A stretch of 64,000 nucleotides of DNA from Rebecca billardiae RCC1528 (taxonomy: Eukaryota > Protista > Haptophyta). The position numbers and the translations under genes were made by a program. Shown piece after piece: positions 44,106 to 54,389 of the stretch (position 1 is its first letter; each line of letters begins with the position of its first letter). The DNA lies in NCBI GenBank assembly GCA_965240325.2, contig OZ251249.1:1025460-1089459 (forward strand), given 5' to 3'. The notes below the pieces were generated by a model. It searched no databases. It had not been told where the DNA came from and saw only the letters and a program-made list of their open reading frames with translations.

Positions 44106-45473
44106 GGCGGTGCGCGTCGTCGCGGCGGTCGTCGTTATGCGCGCGGAGGCGGAGGGTGAACCGCCGCCAACTGTCGCCGGAATTGTTCTTCGAACTCGGC
44201 TGCTGCCGTGCCCGCTGGACAGGTCGGATCCGTGGCGGTCATCACACGCCCCCTTTACCATAACGGGACTGCGTCTGCTTTGAAAAGTGAAAGTATACGT
44301 ATCGCAACGGCATATGCCGTGCGGTGAGCGTCGTACAAAGAGACGATGAAGAGAAATAAGTTAGAAAGGTAGGTCGGCAACTGTGGCTGAGTCAGTTAGA
44401 ATCGCACTTCGGCGAAGGGAAACTTTTTTCGAGCAAAGCGCGGTTGAAGAAAGTGAAAACCCGCTGACTCACCCGCCAAGCTCAGAGCGGCCGCGCAGCA
44501 TGTCTGCCGTGGCGCCGGGACCGCTGGGCCGTCATGGAAGAGCCGGTGCGTCGGAGCCAACTGGGCTCGGTCGCATACGAGTCTGTAGGGAGGTGATCGT
44601 AGCGAGCACCGCTGACATGCGGCATGCTGGACGAGGAGTGACTGAGACGTGCAGCAGCTGCTCGCAGCCATCCGCCGACGCGGACTGCCTCTGACAACGG
44701 ACAGGCGGCAGACACGCTACCTGCATGCCTGACAGGGGGCACTGAGCAAGCTGCGCCAGTGGGTGCGGCATTGGCCTGCGTTTCTAGCTGCGCCGTGACA
44801 TCTTGACACGCTGGTCGCCGCCCGGCGGCGCGCGCGCGCTGCGCGCGCGGCGCGGCTGAGCCCGAGTGGAGCGCCTGGCAGATCCTATCTGACTCAAGCT
44901 TCTCAGAAATTCAAAAAAATGGCTTTTCTCGCCCAATTTTCGTCGTCCTTTTTCGACGTTCTTGGGCTCTACGTGCTCCTCTCGACGAGGCGCATCGGGC
45001 AGGCTAGCTAACTCAGATCGCGACCACTACTGCACCAAAAAGTGCGTTTCAGCCAGTAACTCAGGACTCAGCCACAACTGATCATGACCGTGAATTGAGA
45101 TCGATATCTTCAGCATATGACGCGTTGATGATTCGCCGGCGAAATATCCGCCAGCATCATGGATCCAGATGTTTATTGCATCAAGAGCCATCACACTGCC
45201 AGGGCACGCTGCCGCGCCCGCCAGCAAGCCAGCGGGCTGCGCGACGCCGCGATGCGAACTCGCGCCGAGTGCGGTGGCGGCGGGCGCGAGCTCATCCGCC
45301 GCCGTCCAGACGACGCTTTGCGCCTGGCCCCGCGCGGTGGTCTCCAGCCAGGCAGCCACGGCGTGCACGGCCCACGGCCCACGTCTTGGCGGGGGCTCCC
45401 GTCGGGGCGAAGCCGCACGCGCGCTGAGCGCGCTGAGCGGCAGCCGCCATCGGAGCGGAGCGGCGGCCTGCGC

Positions 45474-46570
45474 TCAGCGACGGAGCGCGCCGCCCCCGCC
45501 GCCACGGCCGTTTGCGGCGACGATGGCGGCGGAGGCGACGAGCACGCCGAACGCGCCCGCGACGATCGCGCCGCCCAGCAGCGCGGGTCCGCGGTTGTTG
45601 TCAAACCACTCGAGCGCAGCGTCGCGCAGCGGCGTCGACTCGCCGCCCGAGCCGCCGCCGCCGCCGCCGCCGCCACCCGGGCGCAGCGCGGCGGCGGCGG
45701 CGTTGAGCACGCCGCGGAAGCCCCCGCCGCCGCCGCCGCCGGCGAAGCGCCCGCGCCGCCCCGCCTTGCGCGGCGACATGGCGTCGAGGTTGTCGAGGAC
45801 GAGCGCGCGCACGACCGAGTGCGAGGAGGGGTCGGTGCCGCCCCACTCGCGCACGCGCTCGAGGAACTCGCGCAGCATGCCTGCACGCGAAGGGGCGCGG
45901 CGCGGGGTGAGCGAGGCGCGCGGCTCGCACCGGGAGAGGCGCGCGCGCGCGCGCGCACCCTCGGACGTGGCGTCGTGCAGCTCGGGCAGCCCGTGCTCGG
46001 TGCCAAAGTCGGAGACAAACGACGCGCGCAGCAGCCGCTCACGCCGCTGCACGCACGCGGCGGGGTGCGCCTCGAGCTCGGCGGCGTACGCGGCGAGGCG
46101 GCGCGCGATCTCGGGGAGCGGCACCGACGTGTCGTGGTACGCGCTGTCCGCGCCGCCCGCCCCCTCCGCCGCCGCCTTGGCGCCGCCCTTCCCCTTCTTG
46201 GGCGGCGCGGCCGCGGGCGCGTGCGCGGCCGCGCCGCTCGGCGGCAGCAGCCCGAGCGCGCGGCACGTGGCGACCATCGAGTTGTAGATCGCCTCGGCCG
46301 CGACGAGCTTCTGGCACATCACAAACTCGGAGAAGAGCGGCGAGCGCGCGCGCGCCTCCGGGTGCGCGCGCACGAGCGCCGCGACCTCGTCCGCCAGCTG
46401 CAGCGCCAGCGGCATGGCCGCCGCGCGCGCGGCGCGGTCGGCGGGCGAGAGGCTGGCGTCGAGCCGCATGAAGTCGGAGAGGACGAAGCGCCAGCCCGAG
46501 ATCGTCGCGTACTCCTCGCACGCCTCGAGCAGCGGCGCCCAGTGCGGGAAGGGCGTGTCCTCGCCGCCCT
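45474..46570 (-). CDS. Hypothetical protein with C-terminal TM anchor, multi-exon (5' exon unresolved)
   Basis: Protein-like segments (PHWAPLLEACEEYATISGWRFVLSDFMRL; MLREFLERVREWGG) and a tail ALLGGAIVAGAFGVLVASAAIV. Intron-like GC stretches are present. Confidence 0.6.
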
Positions 46571-46989
46571 GCGCGCACGCGGCGCGCACGCGCGCGCGCG
46601 CACGCATGGGGGATGATGCGCGCCGGCGGCGCGCGCGCGGCGACGCGCAGCACGCGCGCGCGCCGCCGCCGGCGGGACCGGCGGCGCTCGCGCACCATTG
46701 GCGCAGCGTGCGTGCGCGGACGTCCGCTCGCGGGGCGCGCGCTGTGTGCCACTGCCTGGCCGCCCGCCGCCAGCACGGTTTGTCGCCTGCCCGTGCGGTG
46801 CAGCAGCCGGCCCGTCGCGCCCGGAGCGCGCACGGACAAGGCGGCCTCTTCGCGGAACGGGCCGCTTGCACCCGTGTGGCTCGCCTTTGTAGCGGAGGTC
46901 CCGAGGGCCGAGCCGAGGAAAACCGCCGCTTTCAGCTGCTGCCGCCGGCGGCCGCCGCTCGTCCGCCAGCAGGCAGCAGCCCGTCAGCG

Positions 46990-47262
46990 ATGCTGGGCTC
47001 AGAGCGACCCCCGAGCGCGCTCGACGCAAGTGGTGCAGTTCAGCCGCCCGAGCTCGCTCCCGCCGAGCTGCACGCACACGCCCACGCCGCCGCGCACCCG
47101 CTGCCGGAGGGCGCGCTCGCGCTGCCGCCGTTTGTGCCGGAGAAGACGCTCGGGCTGGCGAGCGTGGCGAGCATCGAGACCGAGAGCGTCAAACGCCGCG
47201 CATGGATGCTGCCGCTCGACGAGTGGGGCGTGGTCGTGACGCCTATCGGCTACGGGCAATGA
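46990..47262 (+). CDS. Small hypothetical protein
   Basis: GC3-biased short ORF ending KRRAWMLPLDEWGVVVTPIGYGQ. Confidence 0.4.
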   Translation: MLGSERPPSALDASGAVQPPELAPAELHAHAHAAAHPLPEGALALPPFVPEKTLGLASVASIETESVKRRAWMLPLDEWGVVVTPIGYGQ

Positions 47263-47828
47263 CAACGATCCACGGGTGGCGGCGCGGCTGCGAGCGCTCG
47301 TGGTGGCGAGCAGAGTCCAACCGTCCGCACCATGGACCAGCGCTCTGCCGCGTGTGACCAGCACCACGGCGCCGAGAGGGATGCCACGCGGCTGCTCTCG
47401 TGGGCCGCCGCGCAGGCGCTGCCCGACCCGCCGCTCGAGCGCCGCGCGCGTGGCGGAGATGGCGCGAAGGTACCGACAAAGTCCGCGGGAGGCGGGGCCC
47501 GGGGGAGGCCCACCGCCTCCCTCGGCCTTGGCGCCGCCACCGTGATGTCATCGCCCGGGGCGGATGCCAGTCGTCCGCGACGACGGTGTCGTAGTGCTGT
47601 GTCTCTCGCGCCGACCGCTGCTGTCCACCGTGACTGTATCTACTGCTGATGACTGCGCGTCTGATAATATTAATATGAGAGTATACTTAGAGTGAATATA
47701 GTGATGACGATGACGAGTCGTGATGATGGTGCCATGCACGCACCACAGGTCAGTACTCAGTCAGTGACAGACGGCCCCCGCGGCCCCAATGACCGAACTG
47801 AGCACTGGCCACTGCGCGCGCCGTAGTC

Positions 47829-48785
47829 TTATAATAAGCCATCAGCTGCGCTGCTCTCGTTCGCGTGCGGCGCGGCGCACGGCCACAGCTCGTCCTCTGA
47901 GTACAGGCGGCGTGCGCGGATGTACGCAAAGTCGACGGCGTACAGCTCGTCCACGAGCGCGCGCAGCTCGGCCGAGTAGTCTTCGCACCACAGCGGGGGT
48001 CGTGCCGCCGCCGAGTTGGCGGCCGCGCCGAGCCTCCGCCGCCGCCGCCTGCGCGAGACGCCCCGGTGGAAGCTGCGAGCAAACTGCCAGGCAGTGGTGC
48101 CGTTCAGATCGAGCACGCCCCGCGCGGCGAGCCAGCCCGACAGCCCGTCCAAGCGCTCGAGCGCGCCGACGTAGTCCGGGGCGACCGTGTCGAGCCAGCA
48201 CTGGTGCACCGCCGGCCGCACGTGCCGGTCAAAGCCCGTGAGCAGGGCCGGCTGCTGCCGCACCGCGCGCGCGAGCAGCCGCGCGAGCTCGAGTGGGCCT
48301 CGCGCGCGCAGCGCCTCGGCGATCTCGGCGTTCGTCGGCCCGACCTTGCCGAGGATGAAGGCTGCGTCCCTTGCCAGCGCGGGCAGCGACCCCGGGCGGA
48401 TCCTCTTGTCGCCCGCAGAGGCGAACACGCGCGCGACCGGCCGCAGCGCGTCCGCGCGGTCCGCGAACTTGTCGCGGTAGGCGGAGACGAAGCGCGCGTA
48501 CGGGTTGCGCAGCAGCGCGCTGCGCAGCACGGGCAGCGCCGTCGCGTTGGGCGTGCACTCCGTCCACACGCAGCTCGTCTGCACGCCCGTCAGCCCGTGC
48601 CGCGAGCTGCCGCGCACGCGCGCGCTGCGGAAGAGCTGCGCGGTGGAGCGCGTGCCCGCCTTGGGCACGGCGCAGTGCAACCAGAGCTGCGTCGGCGTGA
48701 CCACGGCGTACAGCACGTCCGGCCTGCGCCGCGCCGCGTCGCCCGCCGCGGCGAGCAGGACGAGCAGCGCGGCGCGCGCCGCCAT
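47829..48785 (-). CDS. Carbohydrate sulfotransferase (Sulfotransfer_2-like)
   Basis: It has a signal peptide, the 5'-PSB motif CAVPKAGTRS, the 3'-PB motif LRNPYARFVSAY, HVRP, and a C-terminal LYAVDF. Confidence 0.85.
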   Translation of the reverse strand: MAARAALLVLLAAAGDAARRRPDVLYAVVTPTQLWLHCAVPKAGTRSTAQLFRSARVRGSSRHGLTGVQTSCVWTECTPNATALPVLRSALLRNPYARFVSAYRDKFADRADALRPVARVFASAGDKRIRPGSLPALARDAAFILGKVGPTNAEIAEALRARGPLELARLLARAVRQQPALLTGFDRHVRPAVHQCWLDTVAPDYVGALERLDGLSGWLAARGVLDLNGTTAWQFARSFHRGVSRRRRRRRLGAAANSAAARPPLWCEDYSAELRALVDELYAVDFAYIRARRLYSEDELWPCAAPHANESSAADGLL

Positions 48786-48906
48786 GAAGAAATTGCTGGC
48801 AAATTATTGCGCAACAGGCGTCCACACGACTCGTTTCGAGCCGGACGGTTCGCGTCCGGCTCGAACGACCGGTCGAACCCACGGCGGTTTTTGAGTCCTC
48901 GCAGTG

Positions 48907-50500
48907 ATGGCGGCCGGCGCACCCGCCGTCGCCACCCCGCGGCAAGCGCTCGCGCCGCTCGCGCCGATCGGCCGGCCGCGCACGCCGCCACCACTCGGGC
49001 CGCGTGCGCTCGCCGCGCCGCCCGCCATCGCGCTCGCCGAGTTCGCCGACTACGGCGGCGGCCTCTCGGCGCCGGAGCCGGCGGAGCCGGCGTCGCAGGG
49101 GGCGGAGGCGGGCGTGGCGGGTCTCGGCTGGGAGCTGGAGGACAGCGGGGCGCACGCGGAGGAGGCCGAGGTGGCGGCCGAGGCATCTGCGGACGAGGGC
49201 GTGGGCGAGCCTGCCGACGGCGCGGCGTGGGCGGAGTGGGAGCTCGAGGCGCCAGCGGCCGCCGCGCCCGCGGCCGCCGCCGCGCCTCACCCGCCGCCGC
49301 CGGCCGCCGCGCCCGCCGCGAGCGCCGCGGCGCCGGCCGCCGCGCCGCTGGCCGAGTCGCCCGCCGCCCCGCCGCCCCAGTCGCCCGCCGCCACCCCGCC
49401 GCGCCGCGCCGGCGTGCGCGTGCTGGGCGGCGGGCGCGGCGTGGGGCGCGCGTTTGAGCTCGAGGCGGAGGCGCACGCGCTGCGCTCGGACGCGGAGCCC
49501 GACGAGGACGAGGACGAGGAGGAGGAGGGGGAGGAGGAGGGGGCCAAGCCGCCGCGCCGGCTCGCGGTGGTGGACGCCGAGCCGGGCGGGCTGCGCGCGC
49601 GCTGGGCGCTCGCGGACGAGCCGAGCGCGGACGACGCGGCGGCCGCGGCCGCGGCCGAGGCGGCCGAGCGCGCGGCGCGCGAGCGCGAGGCGACGGCCGC
49701 GGCCGAGGCGGCGGAGGCGGCGGCGCTCGCGCGCGCGCTCGTCGAGGCGGCGGACGCGCGCGCCGCCGCGGTGCGCGAGACGCGCGCGCGCGAGGCCGCC
49801 GCCGCGCGCGCCGCGGCCGACGCGGCGCTGGCGCAGGCGGGTGCAGCGGCCGCGGAGGCGGAGGCCGGGCTGCGCGCGCGCGTCGCGGCGCAGCGCGCGG
49901 CCGAGGCGGCCGAGGCGGCCGCGGCCGCGCAGGAGGCGAAGGAGGCGCGCGCGTGGGCGGCGCTCGTCGCGAGGCTGGGCGCGCCGCCAGACGCATCGGA
50001 GTTCACGCTCGAGCCGGGCGCGCCCACGCGCGCCGAGGCCGCCGCCGTCGGGCGCGACGCGGCGCGCGGCGGCGCGCCCGCGGCCGCGCGCGCCGCCTCG
50101 CGGGCGGGCGCAGGCGCGGCCGCGGCCGCGGCCGCGGAGGCGGAGGCGGAGGCGGAGTTCGACTTTGACGCGGACGTGGACGTGCACTACTCGCTGCGCG
50201 TGAGCGCCGCCGACCGCGCGGCGGCGGACGCGATCCGGCGGCGGCTGCCCTCGCCGCCCAAGCCGCCGCCGCCGCCCACGGCGCGGCTGGCGCGCGGCGG
50301 CGGGCGCGCCTCCGCCGCGGGCGCGCGTCGGCTTGTGCCGCGCACGCCTGCGGAGCTGCGCGCGGCGCAGGAGGCGAGCTGCGCCGCCGCGCCGCCGGAG
50401 CTGCTGCCGCCCGCACGCACGGCGGCGGCAGGGATGGCGCTGCCGCGGGGCGCCGCGGCGGAGGGCGGCACGGCGGGCTGGCGGTGGCGCGCGCAGCAGC

Positions 50501-50534
<34 letters not shown>

Positions 50535-50910
50535 GGGCGCGGGCGCGGGCGCGCGGCTCGTGCCCGCGCTCGCGCTGACCCAGGGCGCTCGCGCCGCGCA
50601 CGCGCCGCCGCCGCCGCCGTCGGAGCTGGGCGACGTGTGGCTGTGGCTGGGCGCGCACGCGCAGCACGCGCCGCCGGACGCCCGCCCGCCGCCGCTCGCG
50701 GGCGCGCCCTCCGAGTCCGGGCCGGCCGCGCGCGGCGGCGGCGTGGCGCTGCAGCTGCTGCCCCCGCCGCACGGCGGCGCCGCGGCGCGCTCGGCGGCGC
50801 TGGTCGCCGCGGTGCGGCACGAGGCGGGCGCGCGCGCGCGCCGCGGCGCGCGCGACGACGCGGCGTGGTGGGGCGCGCTCGCCGCGGCGGTGCAGCCGAA
50901 GGCGGCGTGA
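48907..50910 (+). CDS. Hypothetical Ala/Glu-rich coiled-coil protein
   Basis: Long GC3-biased ORF with an acidic tract and coiled coil. The C-terminal region may be a small domain. Confidence 0.55.
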
Positions 50911-50987
50911 CTCCGCATGCGTCGTGCGACGATGCTGAGGTAGGATGACGTCGCCGCTCCTCACCAGTCACCGCCGCCATCGTAGTA

Positions 50988-51498
50988 CAGGCAATCGCGG
51001 GCAATAAGGAGCTGTCACGTTAAGAAACTGGGGCTTGCTATCTGCGGATCTGGCCTAGAAACTGAGGCTAGCGATTGGCTGGTTCGCTATACGCATAGTC
51101 ACACTAAGAAACCGAGACTACTCGTCGCGGCTCGGGTCCGAGGCGCGTGGGACGCGTGGCGCGCCGCCGCGGCGCCGCCCGCGCGGACTACTGTACTAGT
51201 CAACTTGGTCGTCTTGCTGGTCACTTCTCCTCCAGTCCTGCTGGGGAGCTGCTCCACTGCACACGCCCAGCATGCAACATCATGCCAGATTTGCTCCAAA
51301 AAGGCCCAACAATTTTCTTCGGCCTCGCCGGCCGGGCCTAAAGACTCAGCGGGGGGGCTCTGCCCCCCTGCGCCCCCCGCGCCTGCGCGGCGGGCGGACC
51401 TAAGAAACTGAGGCTCCGTAGGCGCTCGGGCTACCGAACAGCTAAGAAACCGAGGCTAGCCGGCAGATCTCTGACTTCTTATTGCCCGCGATTGCCTG
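50988..51498. mobile_element. 511-bp MITE with perfect 21-bp TIRs and TA target duplication
   Basis: The ends read TA|CAGGCAATCGCGGGCAATAAG ... CTTATTGCCCGCGATTGCCTG|TA. Five internal TAAGAAACYGAGGCT-like repeats are present. Confidence 0.85.
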
Positions 51499-52034
51499 TA
51501 TGGAGGCGCTCGTTGGAACTTGAGCGGGGGTGGAACTTGACACCGCATTTCCCAGCGAAGTGCCCCATCTCGGCGGGGCTGGCACGGTCGGCACACGCTC
51601 CTGAGCGCTCGCTTTGCGGTGCGGCAGGCCTTGGGCAGCCCAGACAGACATGCCGCGACCGAATTACCGGGCCATGCGCGCACCACACCCGCGCGCTAGA
51701 CATGGCCTACGCGCTGGACGACTGCCGAGGCAACGCCGAACCACTGCATTCCACTGCCCGGCATGCACCCCGAGTCACCTTCAGAGGGCGTCGACGAGCG
51801 CAGAGCGGGTGCGTGGGAGTTCGACCAACTCGTGTACCTTCTTGCAAGCACCAGCGGCGAGGTCGCAAGCCGAACCTTGACCAGCCGTGGAACTTGAGCT
51901 GGTCGGCAGCAATACCACGCCGGCGATCGAATTCAGAATGACGAATTCGAACAGAAGGCGGAAGGAAACGACATCGTTTCATCGCGCGCACTTCGTTACG
52001 CGTGCCGTGCTGACAGCTCGCCTCGCGCGACGCC

Positions 52035-53984
52035 ATGCTCGCCGTCTTCGCCGGCAGCGGCGGCGCGGACGTGCCGCCGATGTTCACGGCGAAGCACTTT
52101 GGCCGCGACCCGATGCACGTGGCGGACATCGCCGGCGCGTCCCCCGCCTCCTCCCGCCCCTTCGCGCGCACCGCCACCGCCTCGATGCGCACGGACGACG
52201 TCGACGGCGCGCAGCCGCGGCGGCCGCCGCCGCCGCGCGAGCCGCTGCCGCCGCCCGACGACGGCTCGCGCTCGCCGTTCGGCCGGCCGGGGCTGGGCGC
52301 GCGGAAGCACGCGATCCCGCCCTCCGGGCGCAACCCGATCGACCCGGTGTACAAGCTGCCCACCGTCGACGCGTCGCGCTGGGCGGCGGTGGCGGCCGAG
52401 CCGCCGTTTGCGGGCGTGTACCGCGCGCGCGTGCCGCGCTCGGGCCACCCGCGCGGGCGCGGCGACGTGCGCGACACGCTGTACACGGTGGACGCGCCCG
52501 CGCCCCTCTACTTTGGCGCGAAGCGCGAGCCGCCGCCGCCCGTCGACGGCTCGCGCCCGCGGCCGCGCGCGCGCGAGCCGTCGGGCGCGCGCCCGTCGCT
52601 CGGCCTCGACGTGTCCGACATCTCCGAGGGCGGCCCGCGCGGCGCGTGGCGCCGGCGGCAGCGCGCGCGGGACGAGGCGGAGGCGGCGGGCGCGCCGGGC
52701 GCGCAGCCGCGCCGCGACCCGCTCGACCCCGAGTACGCGTACGACCTCGGGCCCGGCGGCGTCGGGCCGGTCTCGGCGGCGCGGCACATTGCGCCCGTGC
52801 ACTCGCGCCGCGGCCAGCTCATGCGGCGCGCGCGGCCGACGGGCGGCGTGGGCATGAGCGTCGAGGGCGTGGACGGCGCGACGGCCGACTCGATCACCGC
52901 GCCGCGCCGCGCGATGGCCACGCGCGCGGGCGCGCTGCGCGTCGACGACATCGAGGGCGCGCAGGTGGGCACGCGCGGGGACGGGTTTGTGCTGTACCGC
53001 AGGCCCGACTACACCGACATCACCGGGCGCGCGCGGCCCGAGTACAACGCGCCCGGGCTGCCGCACCCGCCGTCCAAGACGACGAACAAGCTCGACGACA
53101 TCGAGGGGACGAACCCGGGCTCGGGCTTCGCCACCATCCGCATCTACCGCCCGTCGCACGTCGACCACGCCTCGCGCACCGCCGCGCTGATCCGCTCGAA
53201 CGGCGTGCCCGCGGACGCGGACGAGCCGACGCCGCCGCTCAGCGCGCACGTCGCGCACAGGCTGGCGCGCGCGCAGGCCGAGCAGCCGCGGCGCCGGCGC
53301 TCGGCGGCGGCCGAGCCGGCGCCGCCGCCGCGCGAGGCCGCCGCCGCCGACGACGAGCGCCCGCCCGTACCCGCCGCGGCCGAGCCCGCGGCCCGGCCGG
53401 AGGTCGGCGCGCACGCCGAGGCTGCCGACGGCGGCGGCGCGGAGCCGGAGCGCGCGGCGGCGGCGGCGGCGGTGGCCGAGGCGGCCGAGGCGGCCGAGCC
53501 GGCGGCGGCGGGCGGCCCCGCGCCCGCTGCGCCCGCGCCCCGGCCGCAGGGCGTGGGCGTGCACGCGCTCGAGTCGCACATCGACGCGCTGGCCGGCGGG
53601 CTGACCGCGGACGACGCGCACATGCAGGCGGACGAGTTTGGGTTTGAGTCCGCGTACGGCGAGGTGCGCGCGCGCACGCGCGCCGCGCGCGCCGGAGCGC
53701 GCGAGCCAACCTTCTGCCGCGCGCGCGCGCGCGCGCGCGCAGGCGCACGCGGGCGAGGACGCGCGCGAGAGCGAGGACAACCCGTTCAACCGGAAGCACC
53801 TCCAGCACGCGCGCGCGCCCGTGTACGACGTGACGGCCGCGGACGCGCGCACGCGCGCAGTGGAGCGGGCGAAGGTGCGCGCGCGCGCCGAACGGCCCGC
53901 CCGCGTGCGTATGCTCACGAATGCGCGCCCCGCAACCGCGCGTTGCTCCCGCAGGAAGTGGAGGCCGTGCGCGCGCTGCCGTGA
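52035..53984 (+). CDS. Hypothetical repeat protein (D[IV][ED]GA and NP[IL]DPxY repeats), 3 exons
   Basis: Repeats include DIAGA, DVDGA, DIEGA, DIEGT, NPIDPVY and DPLDPEY. GT-AG introns at 53664-53742 and 53875-53954 restore a sensible C-terminus. Confidence 0.65.
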   Translation: MLAVFAGSGGADVPPMFTAKHFGRDPMHVADIAGASPASSRPFARTATASMRTDDVDGAQPRRPPPPREPLPPPDDGSRSPFGRPGLGARKHAIPPSGRNPIDPVYKLPTVDASRWAAVAAEPPFAGVYRARVPRSGHPRGRGDVRDTLYTVDAPAPLYFGAKREPPPPVDGSRPRPRAREPSGARPSLGLDVSDISEGGPRGAWRRRQRARDEAEAAGAPGAQPRRDPLDPEYAYDLGPGGVGPVSAARHIAPVHSRRGQLMRRARPTGGVGMSVEGVDGATADSITAPRRAMATRAGALRVDDIEGAQVGTRGDGFVLYRRPDYTDITGRARPEYNAPGLPHPPSKTTNKLDDIEGTNPGSGFATIRIYRPSHVDHASRTAALIRSNGVPADADEPTPPLSAHVAHRLARAQAEQPRRRRSAAAEPAPPPREAAAADDERPPVPAAAEPAARPEVGAHAEAADGGGAEPERAAAAAAVAEAAEAAEPAAAGGPAPAAPAPRPQGVGVHALESHIDALAGGLTADDAHMQADEFGFESAYGEVRARTRAARAGAREPTFCRARARARAGARGRGRARERGQPVQPEAPPARARARVRRDGRGRAHARSGAGEGARARRTARPRAYAHECAPRNRALLPQEVEAVRALP

Positions 53985-54389
53985 GGCGGGCGCTGCTCGC
54001 ACGTGTCAGTGTGCGGCCTCTGAGGCGCGCCGTGTGCGCGCAGCAGCGGGCTCGACCGGTGCCTGGGCCGGCCGCGCGGCTCCGAGATAGGCAGATGCGC
54101 GATAGTATACGCGCTAGCTCCGGGTCAAGCGACTCCGTCTCTCGCGGGCTCGAGCCGCGCGTTCATTCCGATCGGCCAGACCTGTCTGAGACTGGCGGGC
54201 GATCATCAGCAGCAGCTAATAATGTATAGGCTGTCGATCCGTCCATCCAAGTGAGCCCCCATGGGCGGTTGCTGACCGCCGACGATCTGGGGTGCGCATG
54301 CGCGCTCTGTACGGTGCGCAGCGCGCACGACACTCGACAGGTCGGGGCCGGCCCCGCAGGCCGGCCCGGGCCGCGGCCGCGCGGCTCAG

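Noticed and set aside
51021-51460. Spaced short repeats resembling a CRISPR array
   Set aside because: Spacing is irregular, repeats are only ~15 bp, they lie inside a MITE, and the context is eukaryotic with no cas genes.
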